From positions 9,610 to 73,609 of the forward strand of contig CADBYH010000004.1 of assembly GCA_902798815.1 (NCBI GenBank): 64,000 nucleotides of DNA, read 5' to 3'. Of this stretch, positions 16,315-26,200 are shown one piece after another. Each line of letters starts with the position of its first letter. Within the stretch, counting starts at the first letter, position 1. The position numbers were made by a program, and so were the translations under genes. Below the pieces are notes generated by a model. The model was not told where the DNA came from. It ran no database searches and saw only the letters and a list, made by a program, of their open reading frames with translations. The stretch comes from an uncultured Erysipelotrichaceae bacterium. Its GTDB lineage: Bacteria; Bacillota_I; Bacilli_A; RF39; UBA660.

Positions 16315-17201
16315 AATGTGGATTTGTAAGTATTGTAGGTAGACCAAATGTTGGAAAGAGCACTTTATTAAATACTATTTTGGGTATGAAGTTAGCTATT
16401 ACATCTAATGTAAGTGGTACTACTAGAAATATTATTAATGGTATTTACAATGATGATGAATCCCAGATAGTATTTGTAGATACTCCAGGTATTCATAAAC
16501 CAAATGATAAATTGGGGAGTTTATTAAATAAGAAGGCTTATAATAATACTGATGGAGTAGATGTAATATTATTTTTAGTAGATATCTCTAAAGGATTTGG
16601 TAAAGGAGATAGATTTATTCTTGATAGAATAAAGGATAAAGATGTTCCAATATATTTATTATTAAATAAAATAGATTTAGTAAAAGATAAGACTAAATTA
16701 TTAGAAAGTATTAACGAATTAAAGGAATTATATGAATTTAAAGAAATAATTCCTATTTCAGCGCTAAAAAGTGATAATACTAAAGTGTTAATAGATTGTT
16801 TGAAAAAAGATCTTCCTGAAATGGATAAAATATATTCTGATGAAGATTTAACTAATGTAACAACTAGATTTATTATGGCTGAATTTGTTAGAGAAAAAGT
16901 TTTGCTTTTAACTCATGATGAGATTCCTCATACAGTAACATGCTATGTAGAAAATTATGAAGAAGATGAAAATATTGTTCATATACAAGTATTAATAGTT
17001 GTTGATAGAGACAATATTAAGAAAATAATTATAGGACATAATGGATCAATGTTAAAAGAAATAGGTACAAGAGCAAGAAAAGATATGGAGAATTTCCTTG
17101 GTAAAAAGGTTTTCTTAGAAACATATGTTAAGACACTAAAAAATTGGAGAGATCAAGAAAAATATTTTGTTGAATTAGGTCTAAAAGACGAAGATGAATA
17201 A
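16311..17201 (+). CDS. era: GTPase Era
   Basis: G1 GRPNVGKST, G3 DTPG, G4 NKID, C-terminal KH domain. Confidence 0.95.
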   Translation: MKCGFVSIVGRPNVGKSTLLNTILGMKLAITSNVSGTTRNIINGIYNDDESQIVFVDTPGIHKPNDKLGSLLNKKAYNNTDGVDVILFLVDISKGFGKGDRFILDRIKDKDVPIYLLLNKIDLVKDKTKLLESINELKELYEFKEIIPISALKSDNTKVLIDCLKKDLPEMDKIYSDEDLTNVTTRFIMAEFVREKVLLLTHDEIPHTVTCYVENYEEDENIVHIQVLIVVDRDNIKKIIIGHNGSMLKEIGTRARKDMENFLGKKVFLETYVKTLKNWRDQEKYFVELGLKDEDE

Positions 17202-17255
17202 AAAATATGAATAAAAATAAAAAATAATCATCACTATTATAGTAGAGGTGATTAT

Positions 17256-17342
17256 ATGAATACTAAGTTACTTTGGGAATTATTTAAAAAAACAGGTGAT
17301 GTTAGATATTATAATTTACTTAAGAAAATACAAAAGAAGTGA
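17256..17342 (+). CDS. yqzL: YqzL-like small protein (28 aa), not in the ORF track
   Basis: MNTKLLWELFKKTGDVRYYNLLKKIQKK shows the W..F..TG....Y.L.K pattern. AGAGGTGAT RBS. Lies between era and recO as in B. subtilis. Confidence 0.55.
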   Translation: MNTKLLWELFKKTGDVRYYNLLKKIQKK

Positions 17343-18094
17343 TAATTGTGAGTATAGAGAGTTTTGAGGGAATTGTTTTAAGTGAAACTAATTATAGTGA
17401 ATCAAGTAAAATACTTAATGTATTGACTGATAAGTATGGACAGATAGGCATTATATCTAAGGGTTGTCGTAATATGAAGAGTAAACTAAGGGGAGTAAGT
17501 AGAAAACTTATTTATGGTAAGTTTAATGTCTATTACAAAGAAAATGGTTTATCAACTTTAATAAGTGTAGATGTTATTAATTCTTTTTCTAAGATTTTAA
17601 TGGATCTTGAAAGAATTTCATATGCTTCATTTATAATTGATTTAACTTATCAAGTTATTAAGCAAAATGATTCTTTAGAGATATTTGATTTGCTTAAAAA
17701 TACTTTAATTAAAATTGAAGATGGATTAAATCCTCTAGCTCTTACAAATATATTAGAACTTAAATTGCTTGATTATCTAGGAATAACTCCTAATATTGAT
17801 TCATGTTGTTATTGTGGAAGTAATAAACAAATAATTACTTTATCTAGTGATGCTGGTGGATATATCTGTAAAAATTGTTATAACAATGAACCTTTGGTCA
17901 GTGAAAAAACTATTAAAATGATAAGGATGTATTACTATGTTGATATATCATCTATATCAAAACTTGATGTTAGTAGTGAAGTATCAAAGGAAATTAATAT
18001 TTTTTTAGATGATTATTATGATAGATTTGCGGGACTTTATTTAAAAAGTAAGAAGTTTATTAATGAGGTAAGTAAGTTAGATAAGGCATCTTAA
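17339..18094 (+). CDS. recO: DNA repair protein RecO
   Basis: N-terminal OB-like region and zinc finger CCYCGS...CKNC. Synteny with era. Confidence 0.85.
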   Translation: MIIVSIESFEGIVLSETNYSESSKILNVLTDKYGQIGIISKGCRNMKSKLRGVSRKLIYGKFNVYYKENGLSTLISVDVINSFSKILMDLERISYASFIIDLTYQVIKQNDSLEIFDLLKNTLIKIEDGLNPLALTNILELKLLDYLGITPNIDSCCYCGSNKQIITLSSDAGGYICKNCYNNEPLVSEKTIKMIRMYYYVDISSISKLDVSSEVSKEINIFLDDYYDRFAGLYLKSKKFINEVSKLDKAS

Positions 18095-18146
18095 GAGAAT
18101 ACTTGTTAAATAATTAAAAATAATATATAATGTATTTGGTGATAAT

Positions 18147-18461
18147 ATGAATTATGTTGAATATATAGTAATTGCTATAGTATTAGTAATAATGTTATTT
18201 GCATTTATTAAGGCAACTAAAAAAGATGCAGGACTTGATTTTAATAAGTTAGTTGAGTTATTAGGTGGTAAAGATAATATTGTTTCTACTGAGACAAATA
18301 TGTCACGTTTTAAGGTTACTTTGAAGGATGTTAGTAAGGCTAATAAAGATGGTATTCAAAAACTTGGAGCAAAAGGTGTTGTAGAAATAGATAATCAATT
18401 AAAAATAATTTTAGGATCTGAATCTAAGCAATTAAAAAAATATATAGATGAAATAAAATGA
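18147..18461 (+). CDS. membrane-anchored PTS EIIB(Glc)-like domain protein lacking the phospho-Cys
   Basis: N-terminal TM. LVELLGGKDNIVSTETNMSRFKVTLKDVSKANKDGIQKLGAKGVV aligns by eye to the EIIB pattern GGKENI..LDACITRLRV, with Asn at the Cys position. Confidence 0.6.
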   Translation: MNYVEYIVIAIVLVIMLFAFIKATKKDAGLDFNKLVELLGGKDNIVSTETNMSRFKVTLKDVSKANKDGIQKLGAKGVVEIDNQLKIILGSESKQLKKYIDEIK

Positions 18462-18477
18462 CACTAGTCATTTTTTT
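18456..18477 (+). terminator. intrinsic terminator
   Basis: AAATGAC-acta-GTCATTT followed by a T-run. Confidence 0.65.
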
Positions 18478-18482
18478 GTTTG

Positions 18483-18505
18483 AAAAAAGAAGGTATTTCC
18501 TTCTT
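18483..18505 (-). terminator. intrinsic terminator of the minus-strand small gene
   Basis: AAGAAGG-tattt-CCTTCTT with the U-run on the minus strand (plus-strand AAAAAA at 18483-18488). Confidence 0.6.
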
Positions 18506-18506
18506 T

Positions 18507-18707
18507 TTAATAATAGTAATAATTTGTATTTGATGAATATGGATATACTGGATATGTATATACTGGATAAGGGTAATAATAATTTTGATTATTTTGGGTA
18601 TTGGCAATTCCATATCCTAATGCTGTTCCAGCTAGTCCTCCAAATAGGAATGGTGCAATAAAAAATCTTTCATCTTCAACATTATTTGGAATATAATTAT
18701 TATACAT
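18507..18707 (-). CDS. Tyr-rich small protein with a glycine-zipper hydrophobic segment
   Basis: AAGAGGAGG RBS and its own terminator. Sequence ...FIAPFLFGGLAGTALGYGIA...YYYPYPVYTYPVYPYSSNTNYYYY. Confidence 0.7.
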   Translation of the reverse strand: MYNNYIPNNVEDERFFIAPFLFGGLAGTALGYGIANTQNNQNYYYPYPVYTYPVYPYSSNTNYYYY

Positions 18708-18774
18708 AAAATTCCTCCTCTTAGTATTTTATTATTAATTATTAGTATTGATAGTTTATATGTACTAGATGATG

Positions 18775-18803
18775 TTGAAAAAGATGAAATATTATTGTAT
18801 AAT
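18775..18803 (+). promoter_or_regulatory. sigma-A promoter (TTGAAA-17 nt-TATAAT) for rluB
   Basis: Spacing and hexamers read directly from the sequence. Confidence 0.55.
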
Positions 18804-18841
18804 ATGAGCAGTTTAAATACATATAAAAAAGAGGAATAAAT

Positions 18842-19564
18842 ATGGAAAGATTACAAAAAGTTATTGCGGCTAGTGGAATTGCATCAAGAAGAAAAGCGGA
18901 AGAATTAATTAAAAATGGTCATGTAAAAGTTAATGGGGAAGTTGTTACTGAAATGGGAGTTAAAGTAGATAATAGTGATAGCATTTCTGTAGATGGTAAA
19001 ATACTTGAAAAAGAACTTAAAGAATATTATTTGCTTAATAAACCAAGAGGTGTAATTACTTCAACAAGTGATGATAAAAATAGAAAAGTTGTTACTGATT
19101 ATATAAATACAAATACAAGAATATTTCCTGTAGGAAGACTTGATTATGATACAACAGGAGTATTATTACTTACAAATGATGGTGAGTTTGCTAATATATT
19201 AACTAGTCCTAGAAATAAAATTGATAAAGTTTATCTTGCAAAACTTGAAGGTATTATTAAAGGTGAGCAGATTAATCAATTAAAAGATGGAGTTATAATT
19301 GATGGTGATAAATATAAGGCAACTAGAGTAAAACTAAAAAAAATAAATAAAGAGAAAAATACATCAATGGTAGAAATAACAATCCATGAGGGTAAGAATC
19401 ATCAAGTAAAAAGAATGTTTGAAACTGTAGGATATCATGTTAGTAAACTTACAAGAGAGAAGTTTGGAGATTTTACTTGTGGTAATTTAAAATCAGGAGA
19501 ATATAGAAAATTAACTATTAAAGAAGTACAAGTTGTTTATAGTCAAAAAAATAAAGAGGTTTAA
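18842..19564 (+). CDS. rluB: 23S rRNA pseudouridine synthase, RsuA/RluB family
   Basis: N-terminal S4 domain (RLQKVIAASGIASRRKAEELI) and catalytic GRLDYDTTGVLLLTNDG. Confidence 0.85.
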   Translation: MERLQKVIAASGIASRRKAEELIKNGHVKVNGEVVTEMGVKVDNSDSISVDGKILEKELKEYYLLNKPRGVITSTSDDKNRKVVTDYINTNTRIFPVGRLDYDTTGVLLLTNDGEFANILTSPRNKIDKVYLAKLEGIIKGEQINQLKDGVIIDGDKYKATRVKLKKINKEKNTSMVEITIHEGKNHQVKRMFETVGYHVSKLTREKFGDFTCGNLKSGEYRKLTIKEVQVVYSQKNKEV

Positions 19565-19574
19565 CCTCTTTTTT

Positions 19575-19763
19575 TTAAATCTCTTCGATTGCACTAGTAG
19601 GGCAAGATTCAATTGCTTCTTTAGCGTTTTCTTCTTTATCTTCAGGAATTTCTTCATTTATTTCTTGAGAAACGCCTTCTTCATTAATTTCAAATAATTC
19701 ATTATCAATATTTTCACATGCTCCACAACCAATGCATGCATCTTGGTTTACTCTTATTTTCAT
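19575..19763 (-). CDS. small single-cluster [4Fe-4S]-type ferredoxin
   Basis: CIGCGAC...CPTSAI cysteine pattern, acidic, 62 aa. Confidence 0.8.
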   Translation of the reverse strand: MKIRVNQDACIGCGACENIDNELFEINEEGVSQEINEEIPEDKEENAKEAIESCPTSAIEEI

Positions 19764-19857
19764 TTTTTATTCCTTCCTTTCATAATAATTATATATTAAA
19801 AAAATCTTTCAGTAAAGAATAAAATGTGCTATTATATATTGTCAAAAGGAGACTTAT

Positions 19858-20778
19858 ATGAAAATAAAAAAAGAAGAATTAAAAGAGATAAGAAAAAGTG
19901 TTGCTGAACAATTATCTAAAGTTCCAGAAGGGCAAAGAATAAAGTTACCAAGAGAACAATTAGAGACTCTTATATTTGATAATTATGTAGCTCAATTTAA
20001 ATGTTGTCTAAATCATTGTGCAGGAGCAAAGAAACCATTTAAATTAATTGCTTGGCATATGCCATATTATGACAAGTTAGATTTAAGTGAAGTATCCTTT
20101 TATAATGTATATTGGGGAGATGAAAGAATACTTAAGTGTTCAGCTTATATAAAACCAGAGATAGATGAGATGGATTTTAAGTATCGACCTATAGTTGATC
20201 TATCAAATACGAATGCAAAAATCGACTTATCATTGGCTACTTTTATCGTAGATATGGAAGATAAATTAAACAGTCATCCAGTAGTACGTATAATTAATGG
20301 ATATAATTTTTCCAATACTGATTTATCAAATAATACAATAGAAGATGAATATATTTTAATAGATACAGATTTATCAAATACAAATATTAATATTAAATTC
20401 AATCCAATGTCATTACTTCAAATACAAGGATGTAATCTTACAAATGTTGATTTATCAAAAGAATCAGTAGGAATAGATGCCTTTCAAAAAGAAGAAATAT
20501 ATAAACATCCATTTATTAGTGATTCTACTTTAAGAAATACAGGTTTAAATATTATTCTTCCATCATATGAAAGTATTAAAACAAATTCAAACCTAAGAAA
20601 CATGCTTGTAAATGGTTGTTTAAAAGGATGTTTTATTAATGATAGAATAGTTAATACAGGTTCCAAGGAAGAAAGGAATGCAAAAAAACAACAGTTAATC
20701 AAAGAATCTGAAGAATTGACTACAGATTTTGCAAATTCTGTACATGATTCAATAGAAAAACAATTATTAAAAAAGTAA
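19858..20778 (+). CDS. pentapeptide-repeat-containing protein
   Basis: Repeated DLSNTN / TDLSNN / CNLTNVDLSKE pentapeptide-like units. Confidence 0.6.
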   Translation: MKIKKEELKEIRKSVAEQLSKVPEGQRIKLPREQLETLIFDNYVAQFKCCLNHCAGAKKPFKLIAWHMPYYDKLDLSEVSFYNVYWGDERILKCSAYIKPEIDEMDFKYRPIVDLSNTNAKIDLSLATFIVDMEDKLNSHPVVRIINGYNFSNTDLSNNTIEDEYILIDTDLSNTNINIKFNPMSLLQIQGCNLTNVDLSKESVGIDAFQKEEIYKHPFISDSTLRNTGLNIILPSYESIKTNSNLRNMLVNGCLKGCFINDRIVNTGSKEERNAKKQQLIKESEELTTDFANSVHDSIEKQLLKK

Positions 20779-20801
20779 AGAAATACATCTTTACTTTTTT
20801 T
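20772..20801 (+). terminator. intrinsic terminator
   Basis: AAAGTAAAGA-aataca-TCTTTACTTT followed by a T-run. Confidence 0.7.
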
Positions 20802-20874
20802 GTGTAAAGTAGAAATAAATCATCTTTTTTTCTTGTTTTCGATATGTTAAACTTATAGTAAGAAGGTGAATAGT

Positions 20875-21783
20875 ATGAGAAGAATGGATAGATATAATGA
20901 TACAGATACTATTAAAGAAAAAAGGTCGGATAAAAATAAGGATTTATATCATAATATTGCGGATAAATATACTAATATCACCGATGTAACTAATGCAAAT
21001 GTATATGAAATAAATAATGAAAAAACAGAAGGGAAATCAAGAGAAAAATATCAACAATTAAAAAAATATCAACAAGTAGAAGATGTTCCAAAATCTAAGA
21101 AAGAATTAGATGATTTTAATTATTTATATCAAAAAAATACACATAAAGTTTATGATATTAATAGTGTTATTGAAGAAGCTAGAAAAAATAAACAAACAGA
21201 TAAAGATGATGAGAAGAGAAAATTAAAACATACTAGTTATAATATTTTATCTGGTGTAAATTTAGAAGAACTTTTAAAATATAGAGAAGAAAAGAAAAAT
21301 AGAGAAATCACTGAAGAAGAAATGGAAATAAGAGAGTTAGTTGATACTATTGCTTCAAAGACACTTGCTGGTGAGATAGATAAAGAAACTACTGTTGATT
21401 TATTAAGTGATTTAATGGCAACAAATATGCTTGATAAAGTAAGTGCTGCTGATGAAATAGATGATACAAGTGAAGTAACAGCTGATTTATCTGAATCAAT
21501 TGATGAAGAAATTACTGATGATGTTCCATCATTAACTGGAAAAATTGAAACTGATAAGATTAGAGAGTTAGAAGAAAAACCAGAAGAAATCAATGATAAA
21601 TTAAAAAATGCTGATAAAGATTTTTATACTAGAAGCATGGATTTATCAGAAGAGGATTTTGATATGGATCAAGAGTTTGCTGATAAGAAATTACCTGGTA
21701 TTGTTAAATTTATTTTATTTATGTTAATACTTGCGATTATTCTTTTGGCAGCATATTATATAAAAATAAAATTAGGATATTAA
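20875..21783 (+). CDS. acidic hypothetical protein with a C-terminal TM anchor
   Basis: GAAGGTGA RBS before ATG 20875. Highly charged, with a single C-terminal hydrophobic helix. Confidence 0.6.
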   Translation: MRRMDRYNDTDTIKEKRSDKNKDLYHNIADKYTNITDVTNANVYEINNEKTEGKSREKYQQLKKYQQVEDVPKSKKELDDFNYLYQKNTHKVYDINSVIEEARKNKQTDKDDEKRKLKHTSYNILSGVNLEELLKYREEKKNREITEEEMEIRELVDTIASKTLAGEIDKETTVDLLSDLMATNMLDKVSAADEIDDTSEVTADLSESIDEEITDDVPSLTGKIETDKIRELEEKPEEINDKLKNADKDFYTRSMDLSEEDFDMDQEFADKKLPGIVKFILFMLILAIILLAAYYIKIKLGY

Positions 21784-21793
21784 GGAGATAGAT

Positions 21794-22312
21794 ATGAAGA
21801 AAATAATAAAATTTATTATATTTATTATCTCTTTAGTTTGTTTAATTTTATTAATAGTTTATATAAATAAAAGTAAACCTGAAAAGGATACTATAAAGAT
21901 AAAGATGGAAAAACATAAGATTGAAAATTTGATAATAGAGATTCCTACAGATTTTAAATTAGATAGTACTGATGAAGAAAATCATATTGTATATTATAAC
22001 TATAATGATAAAGAATTAGAAAATACATGTATTGTTATGATAGGGTATAAAGATAAGTATACTGATGATATGGAAAAAGAGGCTAAAGATAATATTTTTG
22101 TAACTGGTAGTTATAATGTAGAAGTTAAAAATATTAATAATCAAGCATGGACTTTAGTTAGTTTAAAACATAATGTAAAAACATTATATTATTCATATGC
22201 AACTTCTTATAAAGATAAAATATATAATGTTAAATATGAAGATCTTGGTATCGGTGATTATTGTGATACAGTTTATAAAAAAATATTTAAAACTATTAAA
22301 TTTGAAGAATAA
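21794..22312 (+). CDS. hypothetical signal-anchored/exported protein
   Basis: N-terminal hydrophobic helix, AGGAGA RBS. Confidence 0.6.
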   Translation: MKKIIKFIIFIISLVCLILLIVYINKSKPEKDTIKIKMEKHKIENLIIEIPTDFKLDSTDEENHIVYYNYNDKELENTCIVMIGYKDKYTDDMEKEAKDNIFVTGSYNVEVKNINNQAWTLVSLKHNVKTLYYSYATSYKDKIYNVKYEDLGIGDYCDTVYKKIFKTIKFEE

Positions 22313-22328
22313 TTTCTTCTTTTTTTTT
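22304..22328 (+). terminator. intrinsic terminator
   Basis: GAAGAA-taat-TTCTTC followed by TTTTTTTTT. Confidence 0.6.
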
Positions 22329-22381
22329 GTTTAATTTTTTATGATTTTTTGGTATTATATTTATAGAGAGTGATGTAATAT

Positions 22382-23194
22382 ATGGAAACTAAATTTATTG
22401 TTAATGATTATGCTTTGATTTGGAATTTGCTTTTTCAAGCATCTATTTCAGAGAATATATATAAACTTAAACAGAAATTGTGGAATACTTATAAAAATGA
22501 ATATAATGATACTTACAATGATAAGTTAGATATTATGAAGGATTGTAAGAATTTTATACCAGATAATGATACTATTTATAATATTGTTTTGGATGATTCT
22601 AGTTATGAAAAGATAAAAAAACAGGCAGAGAAGTATAGAATTAACTTATTAAAAATATGGGATAAAAATAAAAAAGAGACAGATTATTTAATGAAGAAAA
22701 TTGTAAGAATGGATATTCCTAACTATACATTTTTTGTTGTGAACAAAGAATTGAATTTAGTTGATCATCCAATTAAAGGTAGTTTTGTTGTAGGTAAAGA
22801 AATTAATGAAAAATTACCATTAAATATTTTATATGAAATTAATATGATAATAATTATGGATAATATTAAAAAATATGATGGTGATAATAAAAAGATAAAG
22901 AAGGCAATTGTTGAACTTGCTGTATTAAATGAATATGCAACTAATATTAATAAAAAGAGTTGTTATTTGAGTGGGACACCAGAGTTATTATCATTAAAGA
23001 GATGGTTATATCCATATTGGTTAATGTATATGGGCGTTCCAAAAGAAGAGTTTACTAGTTATATGACAAGAGATAGAGTCTCTTTTGATGCTTCAAAGTA
23101 TGCTTATGAAAAAGAATTAAAAAAGATGGATTTAGAGGAGTTTATTGATTTTTGTATTAGAAATCAGAAATATATTATTAGAGAAGCAAAATAG
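22382..23194 (+). CDS. hypothetical protein, apparently co-transcribed with polC
   Basis: 270-aa ORF. 21-nt gap to polC with no terminator. Confidence 0.6.
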   Translation: METKFIVNDYALIWNLLFQASISENIYKLKQKLWNTYKNEYNDTYNDKLDIMKDCKNFIPDNDTIYNIVLDDSSYEKIKKQAEKYRINLLKIWDKNKKETDYLMKKIVRMDIPNYTFFVVNKELNLVDHPIKGSFVVGKEINEKLPLNILYEINMIIIMDNIKKYDGDNKKIKKAIVELAVLNEYATNINKKSCYLSGTPELLSLKRWLYPYWLMYMGVPKEEFTSYMTRDRVSFDASKYAYEKELKKMDLEEFIDFCIRNQKYIIREAK

Positions 23195-23215
23195 AAAAAT
23201 TACAGGGGGATTAAT

Positions 23216-26200
23216 ATGGATTCTAAAATAAAAATATTGTTAGATAAAGTAAATATTGGAGAGGATTATTTCCAATATTTTAATGATGCAAAAATATCTA
23301 AAATTAAAATTAGTTCTAAAACTAATAAGTGGAATATTTTTATTGATATAGATAAATTATTACCTGTAGATGTTTATAAAGAATTAGATGAAAATAAGAT
23401 GTTATTAGATGAGAATGCAAAGGATATTACTTTTGTTTTTAATATTAAGCATTTGGATATTAATAATTTAATTGATTATTATGATTATTTATTAGAATTA
23501 TTAAAAGATGATTTAAAAGTAATTGAATTATATAAGGACTGTTTAAGAGTAGAAGATAATTCTTTGGTATTTGTTGTTTCAACTGAGATGGAAAAGGAAA
23601 GAATTAGTAAAGTTATTTCTAAAATAGAGAAATTTTATAAAAGATTATCTTATAATGATAAGATTGATATTATAGTTAGAGAAGATAGTAATATTTATGA
23701 AGAGATACAAAATGAATTAAATAATATAGAAATATCTATGCCAGTCGAAGCAAAAAAAGTTGAGAAGAAAGAAGAGACAGTTAAGAAACAATATCGAAGA
23801 GAAGCAAAAGATGAAAATAATGTTATTGGTAGAGGTATAAAAGATGATCCAATAAAGATTAAATCAATTATTGGTGAAGATAATAATGTTGTTGTTGAGG
23901 CTAAGGTTTTTGGTGTTGATTATTTTGAGTCTAGTAAAACTGATTTTAAAATTATTACTTTAAAAATTACTGATTATTCTGATAGTATGTATTGTAAAGT
24001 GTTTGTAAGAGAAGATGAAGAATACAAAAGAATTAGTAAAGAACTAAAAGTAGGTAATTGGTATAAAATTAGAGGAGCATCTATTAATGATAGATATTCT
24101 AAAGAACTTGTTATCAATGCAAGAGATATTTTAAAAGTAGATCATAAAGAGCAAGTAATAGAAGATACATCTGATGAGAAAAGAGTAGAACTTCATTGTC
24201 ATACTAAGATGAGTCAAATGGACGGATTAGCAGATGAAGTTGATGTAATTAAACAGGCAATGAAGTTTGGGATGAAGGCAGTAGCAATTACTGATCATAA
24301 TGGAGTACAAGGGTTTCCTCATGTATTTAATTTTGTTACTTCTCATAATAAAAATTTAAAAGATGGAGAGGAACCTTTTAAAGCTATATATGGTGCGGAA
24401 CTTGTAATGATTGATGATTCTGTAGATATAGTTATTAGACCTAATGATAAAGATATGCTTTCTCAGACTTATGTTGTTTTTGACTTTGAGACTACTGGAT
24501 TTAATGCAGGTGGTGCCGATTCAATTATTGAGATTGGTGCAGTTAAAATTAAAGATGGAGAAATAGTAGAAAAATATGATGAATTAATAAATCCAGGAAG
24601 ACCATTACCTCAAAAAATTATAGATGTTACAAATATTACAGATGAAATGTTAAAAGATAAAGATAATGAAGAAAATGCTGTTAAAAGATTTATAGAGTGG
24701 TTTGGAGATTTACCAATGGTTGCTCATAATGCTAAATTTGATGTTTCATTTTTAGAAATGGCTTATAAAAAATATAATCTTGGTACATTTAAAAATCCAG
24801 TTATTGATACTTTGGAATTGTCAAGAACAATGGATAGTACTTATGGTAGACATTCATTATCAGCACTTGTTAAGAGGTATGATGTTCCTTGGGATGAAGA
24901 AGCTCATCATAGAGGAGATTATGATGCTGAAGGAACTGCTTTGGTTTTTCATAAAATGATGAAAAAATTATCTAATCGTAATATAGAAAAAATGAGTGAA
25001 TTAGATAAGTTAGTTGATAAGAGTGAGATTCATAAATTTGGTAGAGCTCATCATATTAATTTACTTGTTAAAAATAAAGTTGGTTTAAAAAATTTGTTTA
25101 AGTTGGTTTCATATGCTAATACAACATATTTATATAAAACACCTAGAATACTTAGAAGTGTTATTGATGAATATAGAGATGGATTATTAATTGGTAGTGG
25201 TTGTTATGAAAGTGAAGTATTTAGACAAGCTAAATCTAAGAGTGATGATGAATTATCTAATATAATTAGATTTTATGATTATGTTGAAGTTCAACCTGTA
25301 GAGTGTTATTCACATTTATTACAATCTAATGATTTTGCTTCTAAATCAGAGATAATTGCTAATATAGAAAAAATTATTAGAGTTACTAAAGAGGCTGGAA
25401 AGATTATTGTTGCTACTGGAGATGTTCATCATATTTCAAGAGATGATAAAATATTTAGAGAAATTATTGTTAATCAGAAGGTTCCTGGTGGAGGAAGACA
25501 TCCATTAGCAAGATATGGTATTAAGGATATACCATCTAATCATTTTAGAACTACTAATGAAATGCTTGAAGATTTCAATTTCCTTGATGATGATCTTGCA
25601 CATGAAATTGTTATTGATAATACAAATAAGATAGCAGATATGTGTGAAATAGTAGAAGTTATTATTGATACTGGTGGTATTCCTTTCTCTCCAAGAGTTA
25701 AATCTGATGATGGAAAAAGTTATTTGGATTGTCCTGTTGTTGTTACTGATTTAGTATATACAAAGGCAAAAGATTGGTATGGAGAACCATTACCATATAT
25801 GATTGAAGAGAGAATTGCTACAGAGTTATATGGTGATATTGTATTTAAAATAATTAGTGAAAAGTATTCAAATGATAAATTGCCTGATGAAGAATTTCAG
25901 AAGATTATTCATAAAGAATTACATGATGAGATTTTAAAAGGATCAGATAATATTAAAAAACTTGTTACAGAATATGCAAAGAAAACATCTGATGAAGAGT
26001 TAGATGAAAAAGAACTTGAGAAGAAAGTAAAGAAGATGTTGGGTGGAGTAATAGGTGGAGGATTTGATCCAATTTACTTAATCTCGCAACGTCTTGTTAA
26101 ACATTCTAATGATGAGGGGTATTTGGTTGGATCTCGTGGTTCTGTAGGTTCATCTTTTGTAGCAACAATGATGGGAATTACGGAAGTTAATCCACTTTCT

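Noticed and set aside
18458-18661. Plus-strand 67-aa ORF from the track that overlaps the Tyr-rich gene
   Set aside because: It has no RBS and begins inside the upstream terminator. The minus-strand ORF 18507-18707 has AAGAGGAGG and its own terminator, so the plus-strand ORF is treated as a shadow.
21237-21593. Antisense ORFs listed in the track. Examples: 536-799, 2766-3026, 5555-5773, 7768-7980, 13486-13680, 15500-15769, 20484-20702, 21237-21593, 27071-27451, 34549-34962, 36169-36444, 39294-39578, 48246-48440, 48814-49005, 49405-49587, 49930-50172, 50821-51108, 54250-54674, 55021-55493, 60572-60838 and 61636-61830.
   Set aside because: All lie entirely inside, and antisense to or out of frame with, longer ORFs that carry recognisable conserved motifs. 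Their low-complexity Ser/Ile/Phe/Leu-rich translations are typical of shadow frames in AT-rich coding DNA.
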